The translations under genes and the position numbers were made by a program. The notes below the pieces were generated by a model. That model saw only the letters and a program-made list of their open reading frames with translations. It had not been told where the DNA came from and did no database searches. A stretch of 64,000 nucleotides of DNA from an uncultured bacterium (GTDB lineage Bacteria; Babelota; Babeliae; Babelales; Vermiphilaceae): contig OY968764.1 of the NCBI GenBank assembly GCA_963695335.1, forward strand, positions 800,001 through 864,000, read 5' to 3'. Every line of letters begins with the position of its first letter. Positions within the stretch are counted from its first letter, which is position 1. Below, in pieces: positions 40,389 to 50,505 of this stretch.

Positions 40389-41204
40389 ATGAAAAGAAGA
40401 ATAATTATAGCATCATTGTTTGGTTTATCATTTTTTGCCGTTTTAGCAGCAGAGTTGAAGGTAACGTATGGCATTGCTATGCACCAAAATAAGCGTCCAT
40501 ATCAAGAAGATAGATTTGCTTATGCAGATCTTAATGGAGGGCATTTTTTTGGTGTATATGATGGGCATGGCGGTGACAAAACATCATCTTTTCTAAAAAC
40601 CAATCTGCATGCTTATTTTCAGGAATGTTTGGGTAAAAGTAGAAAAGAGTGTTTTGAATATGCATTTGCACAAGCTGAAAAATATGCTCTTGAAAACTAT
40701 AAAGATGGTTCAACTGCTGTTGTTGCGTACATAGACAATGAACATGTATTGCATTTTTCGTGGGCTGGCGATTCGCGGGCTGTTCTTGAATGTAATGGCA
40801 AATCATATTTGTTTACAGATGATCATAAGCCTAACAGAGTCGATGAAAAAGAGCGTATAGAACGTGCGGGTGGTGTGGTGCGGTTTAATAGAGTGTGGCG
40901 TGTTAACGGATTAGCAGTATCACGCTCAATTGGTGATGAACCATTGAAATGTAAAATGGGTCAGATTATTGCAACGCCAGAATATAAGTACATGCAATTG
41001 AACTCTGATAATCATTTTGTAATCATAGCATCTGATGGTTTGTGGGATGTTGTGAGTACTGAAGAGGCAGTTGCTATAGTTAAAGAGGAATTAGAAGATG
41101 ATCAACAATCTGTAGGTGATGTTGCGCAGATATTACAAAGTGAAGCTATCAGCAGTGGCAGTCATGATAATATCACGGTTTGTGTGATTAAATTTGATTG
41201 GTAG
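40389..41204 (+). CDS. PP2C/PPM-family Ser/Thr phosphatase with signal peptide
   Basis: R.YQED, GVYDGHGG, GSTA, GDSRAV, DHKP....E..RI..AGG, LAVSRSIGD, ASDGLWD, DNITV. Confidence 0.92.
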   Translation: MKRRIIIASLFGLSFFAVLAAELKVTYGIAMHQNKRPYQEDRFAYADLNGGHFFGVYDGHGGDKTSSFLKTNLHAYFQECLGKSRKECFEYAFAQAEKYALENYKDGSTAVVAYIDNEHVLHFSWAGDSRAVLECNGKSYLFTDDHKPNRVDEKERIERAGGVVRFNRVWRVNGLAVSRSIGDEPLKCKMGQIIATPEYKYMQLNSDNHFVIIASDGLWDVVSTEEAVAIVKEELEDDQQSVGDVAQILQSEAISSGSHDNITVCVIKFDW

Positions 41205-41351
41205 ATTTGATATGTTGTTTGTCATATTTTTGCGTTAAATCTTAAACCATTAGATAAGAATTAAATTTATTTATTTAATACGCCTGTTATAATAGCAATT
41301 ATAAAAATATTATTGGTGGTTTTTTAAATATATTTACATAAAGGTGTTTCT

Positions 41352-42170
41352 GTGAAAATAAAATTAATGATTATTGCTTTGGTAGCTGTTTCAGGGTTGC
41401 ATGGTTCTGAAAGAGGTCAGATGGTGTCTGCTAAGGATGAGAAAGCATTAACAAAAAGTTTTGAGGATTGTGTTAATAGTAGGTCTTATGCTTTTAATAA
41501 TTGCAAACGACCAGTAGTTGTTTGTTGTTTGAAAGAGACGAACAATAAAGAAACAATACATTGTCTGACTCAAAAAGTTATTGATAAAGAGTGCCAAAGC
41601 ATAGATGGAAACTTTGCTCGTATAACAAAGGTTCATTGGTATCCTGCTACAGAGAAAGTGACAAAAATTAAGAATGTAGAAAGTGATCAGTGGATAGATC
41701 AAAATGATACTAAAAGAGTAATGTTATGCACTGTTTATAATATTGGTAGTAACACTGAAAAAGAAGATATTTTAAACGTTAATCAATTACTTGTTAGCCA
41801 TCCAAGAATACCTATGTTAGTTATAGTAACGAGTTCTGATTTAAAATCTATTTGTGAAGCAGTAGAAGCAGATATGACAAGTTTTAATGTTGATTTTTCT
41901 GCCGCGATTCTTCAATCAGCCAAAGAACTAGCTATTAGTAAACTTGATAATATTGTAAATAGTGGTGACTCAATTGATGAATTATTGAAAAAATTAGAAG
42001 AGTTAAGTTGTCAGAGTAAAGTTTTTCAATCTAAGAATGATGAAAAAAAGCTAGTCGATTCTTTAAGTGCTTTCTATTCTTTCACCAAATTTTTCACCAA
42101 TCACTGGGGAAAATTAGCAGGAGTTTCTTTGATAGGTATACTTGCTTGCTATTATAAAGTTACTCATTAA
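41352..42170 (+). CDS. Secreted protein with C-terminal membrane anchor
   Basis: Signal peptide and C-terminal FFTNHWGKLAGVSLIGILA shared with the next gene. Confidence 0.65.
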   Translation: MKIKLMIIALVAVSGLHGSERGQMVSAKDEKALTKSFEDCVNSRSYAFNNCKRPVVVCCLKETNNKETIHCLTQKVIDKECQSIDGNFARITKVHWYPATEKVTKIKNVESDQWIDQNDTKRVMLCTVYNIGSNTEKEDILNVNQLLVSHPRIPMLVIVTSSDLKSICEAVEADMTSFNVDFSAAILQSAKELAISKLDNIVNSGDSIDELLKKLEELSCQSKVFQSKNDEKKLVDSLSAFYSFTKFFTNHWGKLAGVSLIGILACYYKVTH

Positions 42171-42210
42171 AAAATAACATTATTGATGGGTTGCTAATAA
42201 AGGTGTTGCT

Positions 42211-42924
42211 GTGAAAATAAAGGTAATGATTATTGCTTTGATGGCTGTTTCAAGATTGCATGGAATGGAAAGTTCTCATGGATATACATTAAAGTCAGCT
42301 TTGAATCACTGCATAGAGAGCGGACAAGGATCAATGGTAGCTTGTTTTTATAGCGATGAAGATAAGAAGCGTTCTCCTGATACTAAGATTGAAGATTTGG
42401 TTGCAGGTTTATGGAAGTCTGATATTGGAACTAAGTTTTCTGAATCATCAACTATTCAGTTACATTCTGGTATAGAAAATGGTGTTTTGTTGGCGAAATT
42501 TTTGAGTAAGGATCGTACAGAGTGGATAGACTCTAGAGACTATAAGTATGATGGTGATAATAGAGTATCAATAGAGTGTAATTTTTGTGATATTGTTGAT
42601 GATAAATCTGCGGAACATTTTATTTTTGATATTCTTAGAAAGCGTCGTGCTTTTAACATCCAAACTCCCATTTTAATTTATTTTAATACTTCAAGAGTAA
42701 TTGATGAATTTGACATTGTGAGTATATTGAGCAAATGTGATGTGCAATTTGGTCGAGCTCCAGAAAATATTGTGAGGCTATGCAATTCACAGGGGCAAGA
42801 ATTAAATAATAAAGATTTTCAATCAAATAATAGTATTGTCTGTTTTTTCACCAATCACTGGGGAAAATTAGCAGGGGTTTCTTTGATAGGTATACTTGCT
42901 TTTTACTATAAGTTTGTTCGTTAA
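42211..42924 (+). CDS. Secreted protein with C-terminal membrane anchor (paralog)
   Basis: Same termini as 41352; 58-bp block with 1 mismatch (42090-42147 vs 42844-42901). Confidence 0.65.
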   Translation: MKIKVMIIALMAVSRLHGMESSHGYTLKSALNHCIESGQGSMVACFYSDEDKKRSPDTKIEDLVAGLWKSDIGTKFSESSTIQLHSGIENGVLLAKFLSKDRTEWIDSRDYKYDGDNRVSIECNFCDIVDDKSAEHFIFDILRKRRAFNIQTPILIYFNTSRVIDEFDIVSILSKCDVQFGRAPENIVRLCNSQGQELNNKDFQSNNSIVCFFTNHWGKLAGVSLIGILAFYYKFVR

Positions 42925-42957
42925 TAATTAAATTTTTTACTTTTTGAGATAGATGGT

Positions 42958-42989
42958 AAAAGAGCGCTGATTGTTGTCAGCGCTCTTTT
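42958..42989. terminator. Bidirectional intrinsic terminator
   Basis: AAAAGAGCGCTGA-6nt-TCAGCGCTCTTTT between convergent genes. Confidence 0.8.
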
Positions 42990-43013
42990 TGTGTAAGAAA
43001 TAATTGCTTAGTT

Positions 43014-43619
43014 TTATTTCTTGCTATTAAGTTCATATATAATATGCGCATGTGGTAAGCGCTCATCTAAAGTAATTAGTTCTTTGGTGCTTGTAAATCC
43101 ATACCGTTCGTAAAATGCTTGCGTTTGCGCATTGGATTGTGCAGCGAGTGTTGCAAGTGTATATCTATAAATTTCTGGATACGTTGATAGCGTATAGTCT
43201 AATAATGCCTTACCAATTCCTTTGCCGCGTGATTCTTGTGAAACAATAAGATATTCAATATGTATGCAATCGCTTTCTTTTTTAAAAAGACAAAGACCCA
43301 GAATGTTATCTGGATCTTTTTGCTCTGATGCTATCAAAATATGGCAATTTTCATGTTTTTCTTTGTTTGCTACTTGAGTGAGGGCTGTTTTATATGCGTT
43401 GTCAGCTTCATTAAAAAATTCATTACATAGCGTTTTATTGTGAGCAAACTGTGGGTATCCTGTGCGTATAGTCGGTTTAAAGTATTCTTCTAATACTGTT
43501 GAGCTTAAAGTAAGTATGCCGGGTATATCTTGTTGTTCAGCAAAGCGGATAGAAGTGTCATGCGCGTGGGTAATGGTTATGCATAGGATAAAGGATAGGG
43601 TAATAGTTTTTAACATCAT
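43014..43619 (-). CDS. GNAT-family N-acetyltransferase with signal peptide
   Basis: V..ESRGKGIGKALL motif A; N..TQAFYERYGF. Confidence 0.85.
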   Translation of the reverse strand: MMLKTITLSFILCITITHAHDTSIRFAEQQDIPGILTLSSTVLEEYFKPTIRTGYPQFAHNKTLCNEFFNEADNAYKTALTQVANKEKHENCHILIASEQKDPDNILGLCLFKKESDCIHIEYLIVSQESRGKGIGKALLDYTLSTYPEIYRYTLATLAAQSNAQTQAFYERYGFTSTKELITLDERLPHAHIIYELNSKK

Positions 43620-43769
43620 ACGAATTTCCTTTTCTGTTTTTTATACCACGCATAATGCAGCAATGCAAACTATCATCCATGATGATTTCATTATTTTTGT
43701 AGAGTCCTGTATCTTGTAAATTATATAATAGTACGCAATATCACATATATTTTTATAAGGGGATGCGCT

Positions 43770-44621
43770 GTGAATAAAATATTATTTTTTTTATCTGTAT
43801 ACGTTGTAGTGCCATTGTGTTCTGCAATGGAGCGAGAACAATTAATTAAGCCTAAAAAAATTGGCATTTTTTCTGAAATAAATCAAAGAAAACAACAGGA
43901 AGATTTTTTTTATCATAACATTGTTGATGGTGGGCATTTGTATGTGGTATGTGATGGGCATTATTGTCATAGAGTTGGTGAACATAATAATGATGATTGC
44001 GATGGTTCTATAGTTTCAAAATTTGTGGCAGAGAATTTGCGTGATTATTTTGTAAAAACATCAGGCTCGATAAAAGCGCGCATGAAAGCAATGATTAAAG
44101 GTATTGATGAAAGTGAATTTGTAAGACAAAACGGTGCTTGCGGATCTACGGCTGTGGTTGTTTTTATTAAAGATAATACAGTTCATGTTGCACATACAGG
44201 TCATTCTCGTGCAGTAGTAGCGTCTGGTGGTAAAGTGATCCTTACAACAAACGATCATACGCCAGATAGAGCAGATGAGTATATTAGGATAGAAGATGCT
44301 AAAGGAATAGTTTTTAATAATCGTGTTAATGGATTCCTTTCTGTATCACGAGCGATTGGCGATTATAATCTTGGTAAAAATATTGTTATTGCAAAACCAG
44401 ATTATCAAGAGATAGAGTTAGCAAAAGAAGATAAGTTTTTGATTTTAGGTTCTAATGGTTTATGGAATTTTGTGAGTAATGAAGAAGCAGCCTGTATCTT
44501 GCATGCAAAACAGTCTGAAATACAAGATATGAATTTACTTGCTAAGATGTTGGGTATGTTTGCGGTGAAGAGAAATTCAAAAGATAATATAACCGTTATG
44601 CTTGTGGATTTGTTGTCATAA
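43770..44621 (+). CDS. PP2C-like protein, possibly catalytically impaired
   Basis: QED, VCDGH, GSTA, LSVSRAIGD and DNITV present, but GHSR and GSNGLWN replace GDSR and SDGLWD. Confidence 0.85.
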   Translation: MNKILFFLSVYVVVPLCSAMEREQLIKPKKIGIFSEINQRKQQEDFFYHNIVDGGHLYVVCDGHYCHRVGEHNNDDCDGSIVSKFVAENLRDYFVKTSGSIKARMKAMIKGIDESEFVRQNGACGSTAVVVFIKDNTVHVAHTGHSRAVVASGGKVILTTNDHTPDRADEYIRIEDAKGIVFNNRVNGFLSVSRAIGDYNLGKNIVIAKPDYQEIELAKEDKFLILGSNGLWNFVSNEEAACILHAKQSEIQDMNLLAKMLGMFAVKRNSKDNITVMLVDLLS

Positions 44622-44702
44622 CCACGCTTTTATGCTATACTAATTGTATAATTTTAGATAAATTTTGATACAAGTTTTTGATCTCTAGAAAAGGGCTAAC
44701 TG

Positions 44703-47339
44703 ATGGAACGTCCCACTTCACCTGTGAATAATAAAAATATGCATATTCGACCAATTTTAATCGAAAAAGAGTTGAAAGATTCTTTTCTTGATTATGCAAT
44801 GTCCGTTGTGGTGAGTCGTGCATTACCTGATATTCGTGATGGTTTAAAGCCGGTGCATCGTCGTATTTTATATACTATGCATCAGCTTGGTTTTTTTTAT
44901 AACAAACCGTATCACAAATCAGTACGTGTGGTGGGTGATGTGCTTGGTAAATTTCACCCTCATGGTGACCAAGCAGTGTATCAATCAATGGTTGGTATAG
45001 TTCAAGATTTCTCCAAACGTTATCCATTACTTGATGGGCAAGGTAACTGGGGTTCTGTTGATGGTGATAATGCGGCGGCGATGCGTTATACTGAAGTTCG
45101 CATGGCTCGAATAGCACAAGAAATTTTAGCAGATATTGAAAAAGAAACAGTTGGTTTTACCCCCAACTTTGATGAATCAACCGTAGAACCTGTTGTGCTT
45201 CCAAGTAAACTGCCAAACTTGCTCATTAATGGTGTTGCAGGTATTGCAGTTGGTATGGCAACTTCCATTCCACCTCACAACTTGGGTGAAGTAGTTAACG
45301 CCTTGCTTGCAATGATCAAAAATGAATTTATTACAGAAGAAGAGTTGTTTGCATATATTCCAGGTCCAGATTTTCCAACAGGCGGTGTTATTTGCGGCCG
45401 CGCGGGGATTGTCAAAGCATATAAAACGGGCCGTGGTAATTTAATTTTACGCGGTGTTACTGAGTTTGAAGAAAAACAAGGTAAGGGTGCGAGTATTATT
45501 ATCACTGAGCTTCCGTATCAAGTGAACAAAGCTGATCTTACCATTAAAATTGCAGATCTTGTTAAAAACAAAATTATTGATGGTATTTCTAATATTAAAG
45601 ATGAATCAGATAAAAAAGGTATGCGCTTAGTGATTGATCTTAAGCGTGGTGAAATTCCAAGTGTTGTCTTGAATCAGTTGTATAAGCATACCAATTTACA
45701 AACATCAGTTTCTATTTTGATGTTAGGTCTTTTGGATAATCAGCCGCTTATTTTTACGTTACGTCAATTACTTGATGAATTTTTATACCATCGTAAACAG
45801 ATTATTTATCGCCGCACGCAGTATGATTTGAGTAAAGCGCAAGAACGTGAACATATCTTGGCTGGTTTTATTATTGCACTTACAAGCATTGATGAAGTTA
45901 TTGCATTGATTAAAAAATCACCATCCGCTAACGAAGCAATTGTTGAACTCAATAAACGTTTCTTGTTGACTGAAAAACAAGGTAAAGCGATTTTGGAAAT
46001 GCGTTTGCAACGTTTAACTGGTCTTGAACAAGAAAAAATTTATGGTGAAATGGCTGATATCAAAGTGAATATTGCACAGTTACGATCTATTATTGAAAAC
46101 GAAACTGTTCTTAAAGAAGAAATTGTTAAAGAGTTAGAAGATATTAAAGCTAACTATAATGATGTGCGTCTCACTAAAATTGAAGGTGCGATTGATATTT
46201 TAACTGAAGCTGATTTGATACCTGATGAAGAAGCGGTGGTTACATTGACCATGAAAGGTTATGTAAAACGCGTTCCAATTGAAGCGTATGGTGTTCAGCA
46301 CCGCGGTGGTAAAGGTAAGATGGGTCTTACAGCGCTTGAAGGTGATATTGTGCAAGACGTGTTTGTTGCAAAAGCGCATGACATGTTGCTCTTCTTTACC
46401 AACCTTGGACGTGTGTACAGCTTAAATACATTTGAAGTTCCTGAAGCATCACGTATTGCACGTGGGCGCGCAATTATTAACTTGCTTCCACTACAAGAAG
46501 GTGAATATGTAGTAAAACTACTTCCTTCTCGTGTTATGGAAGGTAAATTTATGGTGATGGTAACGCGTCAAGGTATTATTAAACGTACTGATGCATCTGA
46601 TTTTGCAAAAATTCGTGCAACGGGTATTCGTGCAATTACATTGCGTGAAGGTGATGAACTTGTGTTCTGTTCATTGAGTAATGGTGACAACACTATTGTT
46701 CTTGCAACATCAAAAGGGCAAGGAATTCGCTTTAAAGAAACTGAAGTGCGTTCTATGGGCCGTCAAGCGAGTGGTGTGATGGGTATTCGTGTTAAAAAAG
46801 GTGATCGTGTTATTGGCATGGAAGTTATTGCCGATCATGGTGAAATTCTTTTTGCAACAGAACATGGTTACGGCAAAAAGGTTCGCATAGAAGATTTCCG
46901 TGTTGCGCATCGTGGTGGTATGGGTGTGAGAACCATTCCAACAGATAAACGTAATGGTCCTGTTATTGGCCTTACTATTGTTCATGAAGATTCACATATT
47001 CTTCTTATTGATCAAGCGGGTAAAATTATCTGCCTTTCAGCTAAAGATATTCGCACAATGGGTCGTCAAGCAAAAGGTGTTCGTCTGATTAGACTTGATG
47101 ATGATCAAAAACTGCACAATGTTGTCGCCTTTGAGGCTGCTGATGATGAATCAGGTGAATCTGGTGATGAAACAGGCGCGGTGATTGAAACGCGTTCATT
47201 GCCAGTGACTGAAGATGCTGGTGATGATGATGAGTCTGATGACGAAGAGCTTGAAGATGAAGATGAAATTGCTTCTGACTTAGAATATGAAGATGAAGAC
47301 GCAGATGATATTGATGAGGATGAAGAAGTAGAATTATAG
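44703..47339 (+). CDS. gyrA: DNA gyrase subunit A
   Basis: RALPD.RDGLKPVHRR, AAAMRYTE, GyrA-box QHRGGKG, acidic tail. Confidence 0.97.
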   Translation: MERPTSPVNNKNMHIRPILIEKELKDSFLDYAMSVVVSRALPDIRDGLKPVHRRILYTMHQLGFFYNKPYHKSVRVVGDVLGKFHPHGDQAVYQSMVGIVQDFSKRYPLLDGQGNWGSVDGDNAAAMRYTEVRMARIAQEILADIEKETVGFTPNFDESTVEPVVLPSKLPNLLINGVAGIAVGMATSIPPHNLGEVVNALLAMIKNEFITEEELFAYIPGPDFPTGGVICGRAGIVKAYKTGRGNLILRGVTEFEEKQGKGASIIITELPYQVNKADLTIKIADLVKNKIIDGISNIKDESDKKGMRLVIDLKRGEIPSVVLNQLYKHTNLQTSVSILMLGLLDNQPLIFTLRQLLDEFLYHRKQIIYRRTQYDLSKAQEREHILAGFIIALTSIDEVIALIKKSPSANEAIVELNKRFLLTEKQGKAILEMRLQRLTGLEQEKIYGEMADIKVNIAQLRSIIENETVLKEEIVKELEDIKANYNDVRLTKIEGAIDILTEADLIPDEEAVVTLTMKGYVKRVPIEAYGVQHRGGKGKMGLTALEGDIVQDVFVAKAHDMLLFFTNLGRVYSLNTFEVPEASRIARGRAIINLLPLQEGEYVVKLLPSRVMEGKFMVMVTRQGIIKRTDASDFAKIRATGIRAITLREGDELVFCSLSNGDNTIVLATSKGQGIRFKETEVRSMGRQASGVMGIRVKKGDRVIGMEVIADHGEILFATEHGYGKKVRIEDFRVAHRGGMGVRTIPTDKRNGPVIGLTIVHEDSHILLIDQAGKIICLSAKDIRTMGRQAKGVRLIRLDDDQKLHNVVAFEAADDESGESGDETGAVIETRSLPVTEDAGDDDESDDEELEDEDEIASDLEYEDEDADDIDEDEEVEL

Positions 47340-47340
47340 T

Positions 47341-47417
47341 GTTCGTATGTTTCGACAAGCTCAACACGAACGGTTTTATATGATCCGTTCGCACTGAGCC
47401 TGTCGAAGTGAGCGAAC
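47341..47417. repeat. REP-like family A doublet (intergenic)
   Basis: GTTCGTATGTTTCGACAAGCTCAACACGAACGG...CCGTTCGCACTGAGCCTGTCGAAGTGAGCGAAC. Confidence 0.85.
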
Positions 47418-47431
47418 GTAAAACAAAAACT

Positions 47432-48712
47432 ATGAACAACAAACATTTCATTCTCCACCTAACCCTTATAGAAAATATTGGCCCTGCAATAATTCAAAAA
47501 ATCATAAGATCTGACATTTCGGTGTCAGATCTTTATTCATTCTCACAAGCAGATTGGATAAACAATTTTGGATTTTCTGAGGGTACAGCAGAAAAATTGG
47601 CTGATGGCCTTGCCAATACCAAAATGCTTCAAGCAGAACTTACTCTTATTGAACAACACGATATTCAATGGGTCACATTTGAAGATGAATCTTATCCGCA
47701 ACTGTTAAAAAATATTTACTTACCTCCGGCAGTTTTATATTGGCAGGGGGCTTCATTATGCGCTCATCCTGAACTTGTTGAAGAATATCCTCGAGCGCCT
47801 GAAAAAAAATTGGCAATTGTTGGTGCGCGTAAGGCAGATAATTACGGTCAGCATGCTATTGATCTGCTAGTTCCAGATCTTGTTGCAGCGGATTATACAA
47901 TTGTGAGTGGCGGTGCGCGTGGCATTGATACTATGGCGCATCAAGCAACGCTTAATCATAATGGTAAAACTATTGCTGTACTTGGCTCTGGTCTGTTACG
48001 TCCGTATCCTTATCAAAACACAAAATTATTTAAATTAATTGCTGAAAATGGTGGGACTGTGGTGAGTTCTTTTCCATTAACAATGGAAGGGTTACCAGGA
48101 AATTTCCCTGCACGCAATCGCATTATTACAGGATTGTCACACGGGTGTTTGGTTGTGCAGGCAGCGCAAAAAAGTGGCGCATTAATTTCTGCGCATTATG
48201 CAATGGAGCAAGGCAGAGAAGTGTTTGCAATTCCTGGGCCTCTTGGCAGTGAGTTGAGTGCTGGGTGCAATACATTAATTCAACAAGGCGCAAAACTTGT
48301 TACGTGCACTGCTGATATTCTGCAGGAGTTTGGTGATCGGGTGATACTTCCTGATAAGAAGGTAGTAGAAGAAAAAGCGAAACAGATGTCTTTAGAGTCT
48401 TTCCAGTGCGCTCGCCCTGAACCTGTTGAAGGGTATCTTGGAGCGCTCAAAGACAGTCTTCAACAAGTTCAGACCGAGCGCGAGAGAGCGCAAAGATCAG
48501 ATAAACTTCGTGATACACATGTTGATAAATACTCAAACTATTCCCCGCAACAAAAAAGTATTATCATCGCATGTAAAAAACCAATATCATTTGATGATAT
48601 TATTGCCAGCACACAATTGCCACTAGAGATTCTGCAATCAGAACTGTTTAACTTGCAACTTGATGGTGTTATATCACAAGATTTTACTGGGATGTGGGTA
48701 GTGCATTCATGA
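47432..48712 (+). CDS. dprA: DNA-processing protein DprA with two in-frame palindromic inserts
   Basis: YP..L..I..PP..LY..G, AIVGAR, IVSGGARGID..AH, FPARNRII.GLS, SGALISA..A.EQGREVF. Confidence 0.93.
   Translation: MNNKHFILHLTLIENIGPAIIQKIIRSDISVSDLYSFSQADWINNFGFSEGTAEKLADGLANTKMLQAELTLIEQHDIQWVTFEDESYPQLLKNIYLPPAVLYWQGASLCAHPELVEEYPRAPEKKLAIVGARKADNYGQHAIDLLVPDLVAADYTIVSGGARGIDTMAHQATLNHNGKTIAVLGSGLLRPYPYQNTKLFKLIAENGGTVVSSFPLTMEGLPGNFPARNRIITGLSHGCLVVQAAQKSGALISAHYAMEQGREVFAIPGPLGSELSAGCNTLIQQGAKLVTCTADILQEFGDRVILPDKKVVEEKAKQMSLESFQCARPEPVEGYLGALKDSLQQVQTERERAQRSDKLRDTHVDKYSNYSPQQKSIIIACKKPISFDDIIASTQLPLEILQSELFNLQLDGVISQDFTGMWVVHS
47760..47798. repeat. Family A half element (39 bp) in frame in dprA
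   Basis: GCGCTCATCCTGAACTTGTTGAAGAATATCCTCGAGCGC, translated CAHPELVEEYPRA. Confidence 0.85.
48408..48481. repeat. Family A full doublet in frame in dprA
   Basis: GCGCTCGCCCTGAACCTGTTGAAGGG...CTTCAACAAGTTCAGACCGAGCGC, translated CARPEPVEGYLGALKDSLQQVQTER. Confidence 0.85.
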
Positions 48713-49662
48713 AAAAATTAGTAATAGCTTTATTCTTGGGTGGTGCAATGGGCACCATTTTTTTTTCGGGATATCAATCACATGATATAAAAATGCAACA
48801 AACCTACTTCGCTAAAGCTACGAAGGTCAAGAAAACTTTAATAATTGTTGCAACAACAAGTATGCTTGCAGATGCAGCGCGTAATATTGTTGGAGATAAT
48901 ATCACGGTATACGGTTTGATGGGCGCCGGTGTTGATCCGCATTTGTATCGCGCCAGAGAAAGTGATGTGCACAAGTTAGCAGCGGCAGACATGGTGATTT
49001 ATAATGGATTGCATTTGGAAGGTAAAATGGGGCAGGTGTTGCAAGGCATGCAACGTTTTACTAACGTGTGTGCAGTAGCAAATACACTTAAAAAAGAGCA
49101 GTTGCGCTCATCTGAATTTGATGATCTGTATGATCCGCATATTTGGTTTGATGTTCTTTTGTGGATAGAGCTTGTGCGTTATATGCAGCAACAGATTATT
49201 GCGCTTGATCCTGAGCATGCAGATGTATATCAAAAAAATGGCGATGATTATATTGATGAACTTGAACAACTGCATGAATATGTGCAGCGACGAGTGAACG
49301 AGCTTGATGTGGATAAAAGAATTTTAATCACCGCGCATGATGCGTTTGGTTATTTTGGTGCGCGATATGGTTTTGAAGTTATTGGTCTGCAAGGTTTGAG
49401 TACCGATTGTGATATTAGCACAAAAGATATTCAGCAGCTTGCAGATTTTATTGTTGAAAAACAAATTTCTACTATGTTTGTTGAATCATCAATTCCACAA
49501 CGTGCTTTGGTTGCAGCGCAAAATGCTGTGTGCGCACGTGGATGGAATATTGCAATTGGCCCTGAATTGTATTCTGATGCGCTTGGTGATGAACAGAGTG
49601 GCGCGTCATCATATATTGCAATGGTGAAATATAATGTTAATGCGATTGTTGATTCTCTTTAA
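48709..49662 (+). CDS. Mn/Zn ABC transporter substrate-binding protein (TroA-like)
   Basis: GVDPHLY, YNGLHLEG, DPHIWFD, TAHDAFGYF, LYSDALG. Confidence 0.92.
   Translation: MKKLVIALFLGGAMGTIFFSGYQSHDIKMQQTYFAKATKVKKTLIIVATTSMLADAARNIVGDNITVYGLMGAGVDPHLYRARESDVHKLAAADMVIYNGLHLEGKMGQVLQGMQRFTNVCAVANTLKKEQLRSSEFDDLYDPHIWFDVLLWIELVRYMQQQIIALDPEHADVYQKNGDDYIDELEQLHEYVQRRVNELDVDKRILITAHDAFGYFGARYGFEVIGLQGLSTDCDISTKDIQQLADFIVEKQISTMFVESSIPQRALVAAQNAVCARGWNIAIGPELYSDALGDEQSGASSYIAMVKYNVNAIVDSL
48803..48828. repeat. Family B element in frame in the troA-like gene
   Basis: CCTACTTCGCTAAAGCTACGAAGGTC, translated TYFAKATKV. Confidence 0.85.
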
Positions 49663-50450
49663 ACAGCGTATGATTTAAGCCATGCGAGTTCTGCATATAT
49701 TTTGTCAATTGTTCTTATTTCTTTATAAAGATCAATAGGTATATTGCGTGTTTCTTTTACAAATGTATTAAATAGATCAATATATTTTTCACTTTTTGCG
49801 GCAAGTCCAATAAATAATTCTTTATTCCTTTCATCTAATAAAATAGTGTTATGCGTAAAATCTGATTTTCTATGCATCGCAATAGTAATCAAATAAAGAC
49901 ACCAAGCTTCTTGTGCTTTAAGAGAAAGCTTTTTCATAAAATGAGAATCAGCGTTGACAGAATATTGAGGTGGGGAGCTGAAATGAAAATCTTCATTATA
50001 TGGAGGACAAAGAAAATACGAAGTTTTTTCTGCTAAAAACAGGGAAAATTTGTCTTTATGAATATTATTTTGTTTGATGATTTTCTTTAACATGGCATGA
50101 CAATGCTGTGGTATATCATTATCATAAAGAATGGTGCGGTATTCATGTTGATCGGTATATGGTACTGTGCTTGCTTTTTTTCGAAAGCTTTCTAATGTTT
50201 TGTTGTGATCCATAAAGGCTTGATTTGTGTTTTTTGGGTTCCAGTCAAAAGAATCATTATTTTTATATACTGTTTCATCAAAGATTCTTCGTTCATCAGG
50301 GATTTTATGTGACTTTTTGCGTTTATGAGACTTTTTTGAAGGTGTTTTTGTTATATTTTGTGTATATTCATTCTCCATGCTAGTAGCTATTTGTGAACAA
50401 CATAGTAATAATATAATTAAGAATTTTTTTGATGTGAACTTCATTGTCAC
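49659..50450 (-). CDS. Hypothetical secreted protein interrupting the tro operon
   Basis: Signal peptide followed by MEN; basic stretch KKSHKRKKSHK. Confidence 0.6.
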   Translation of the reverse strand: MTMKFTSKKFLIILLLCCSQIATSMENEYTQNITKTPSKKSHKRKKSHKIPDERRIFDETVYKNNDSFDWNPKNTNQAFMDHNKTLESFRKKASTVPYTDQHEYRTILYDNDIPQHCHAMLKKIIKQNNIHKDKFSLFLAEKTSYFLCPPYNEDFHFSSPPQYSVNADSHFMKKLSLKAQEAWCLYLITIAMHRKSDFTHNTILLDERNKELFIGLAAKSEKYIDLFNTFVKETRNIPIDLYKEIRTIDKIYAELAWLKSYAV

Positions 50451-50505
50451 CTTTTATTTAAAGAAATTTTTGTATAATATCTACTATTTTTTTATACTTA
50501 AAGCA

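Noticed and set aside
47105..47458. Ser-rich ORF on the - strand
   Set aside because: Antisense shadow of the GyrA acidic tail plus a family A repeat.
48426..48626. Small ORF whose start resembles the toxin N-terminus (KGILERSK..FNKFR.SA)
   Set aside because: The similarity is only an alternative-frame translation of the family A repeat inside dprA.
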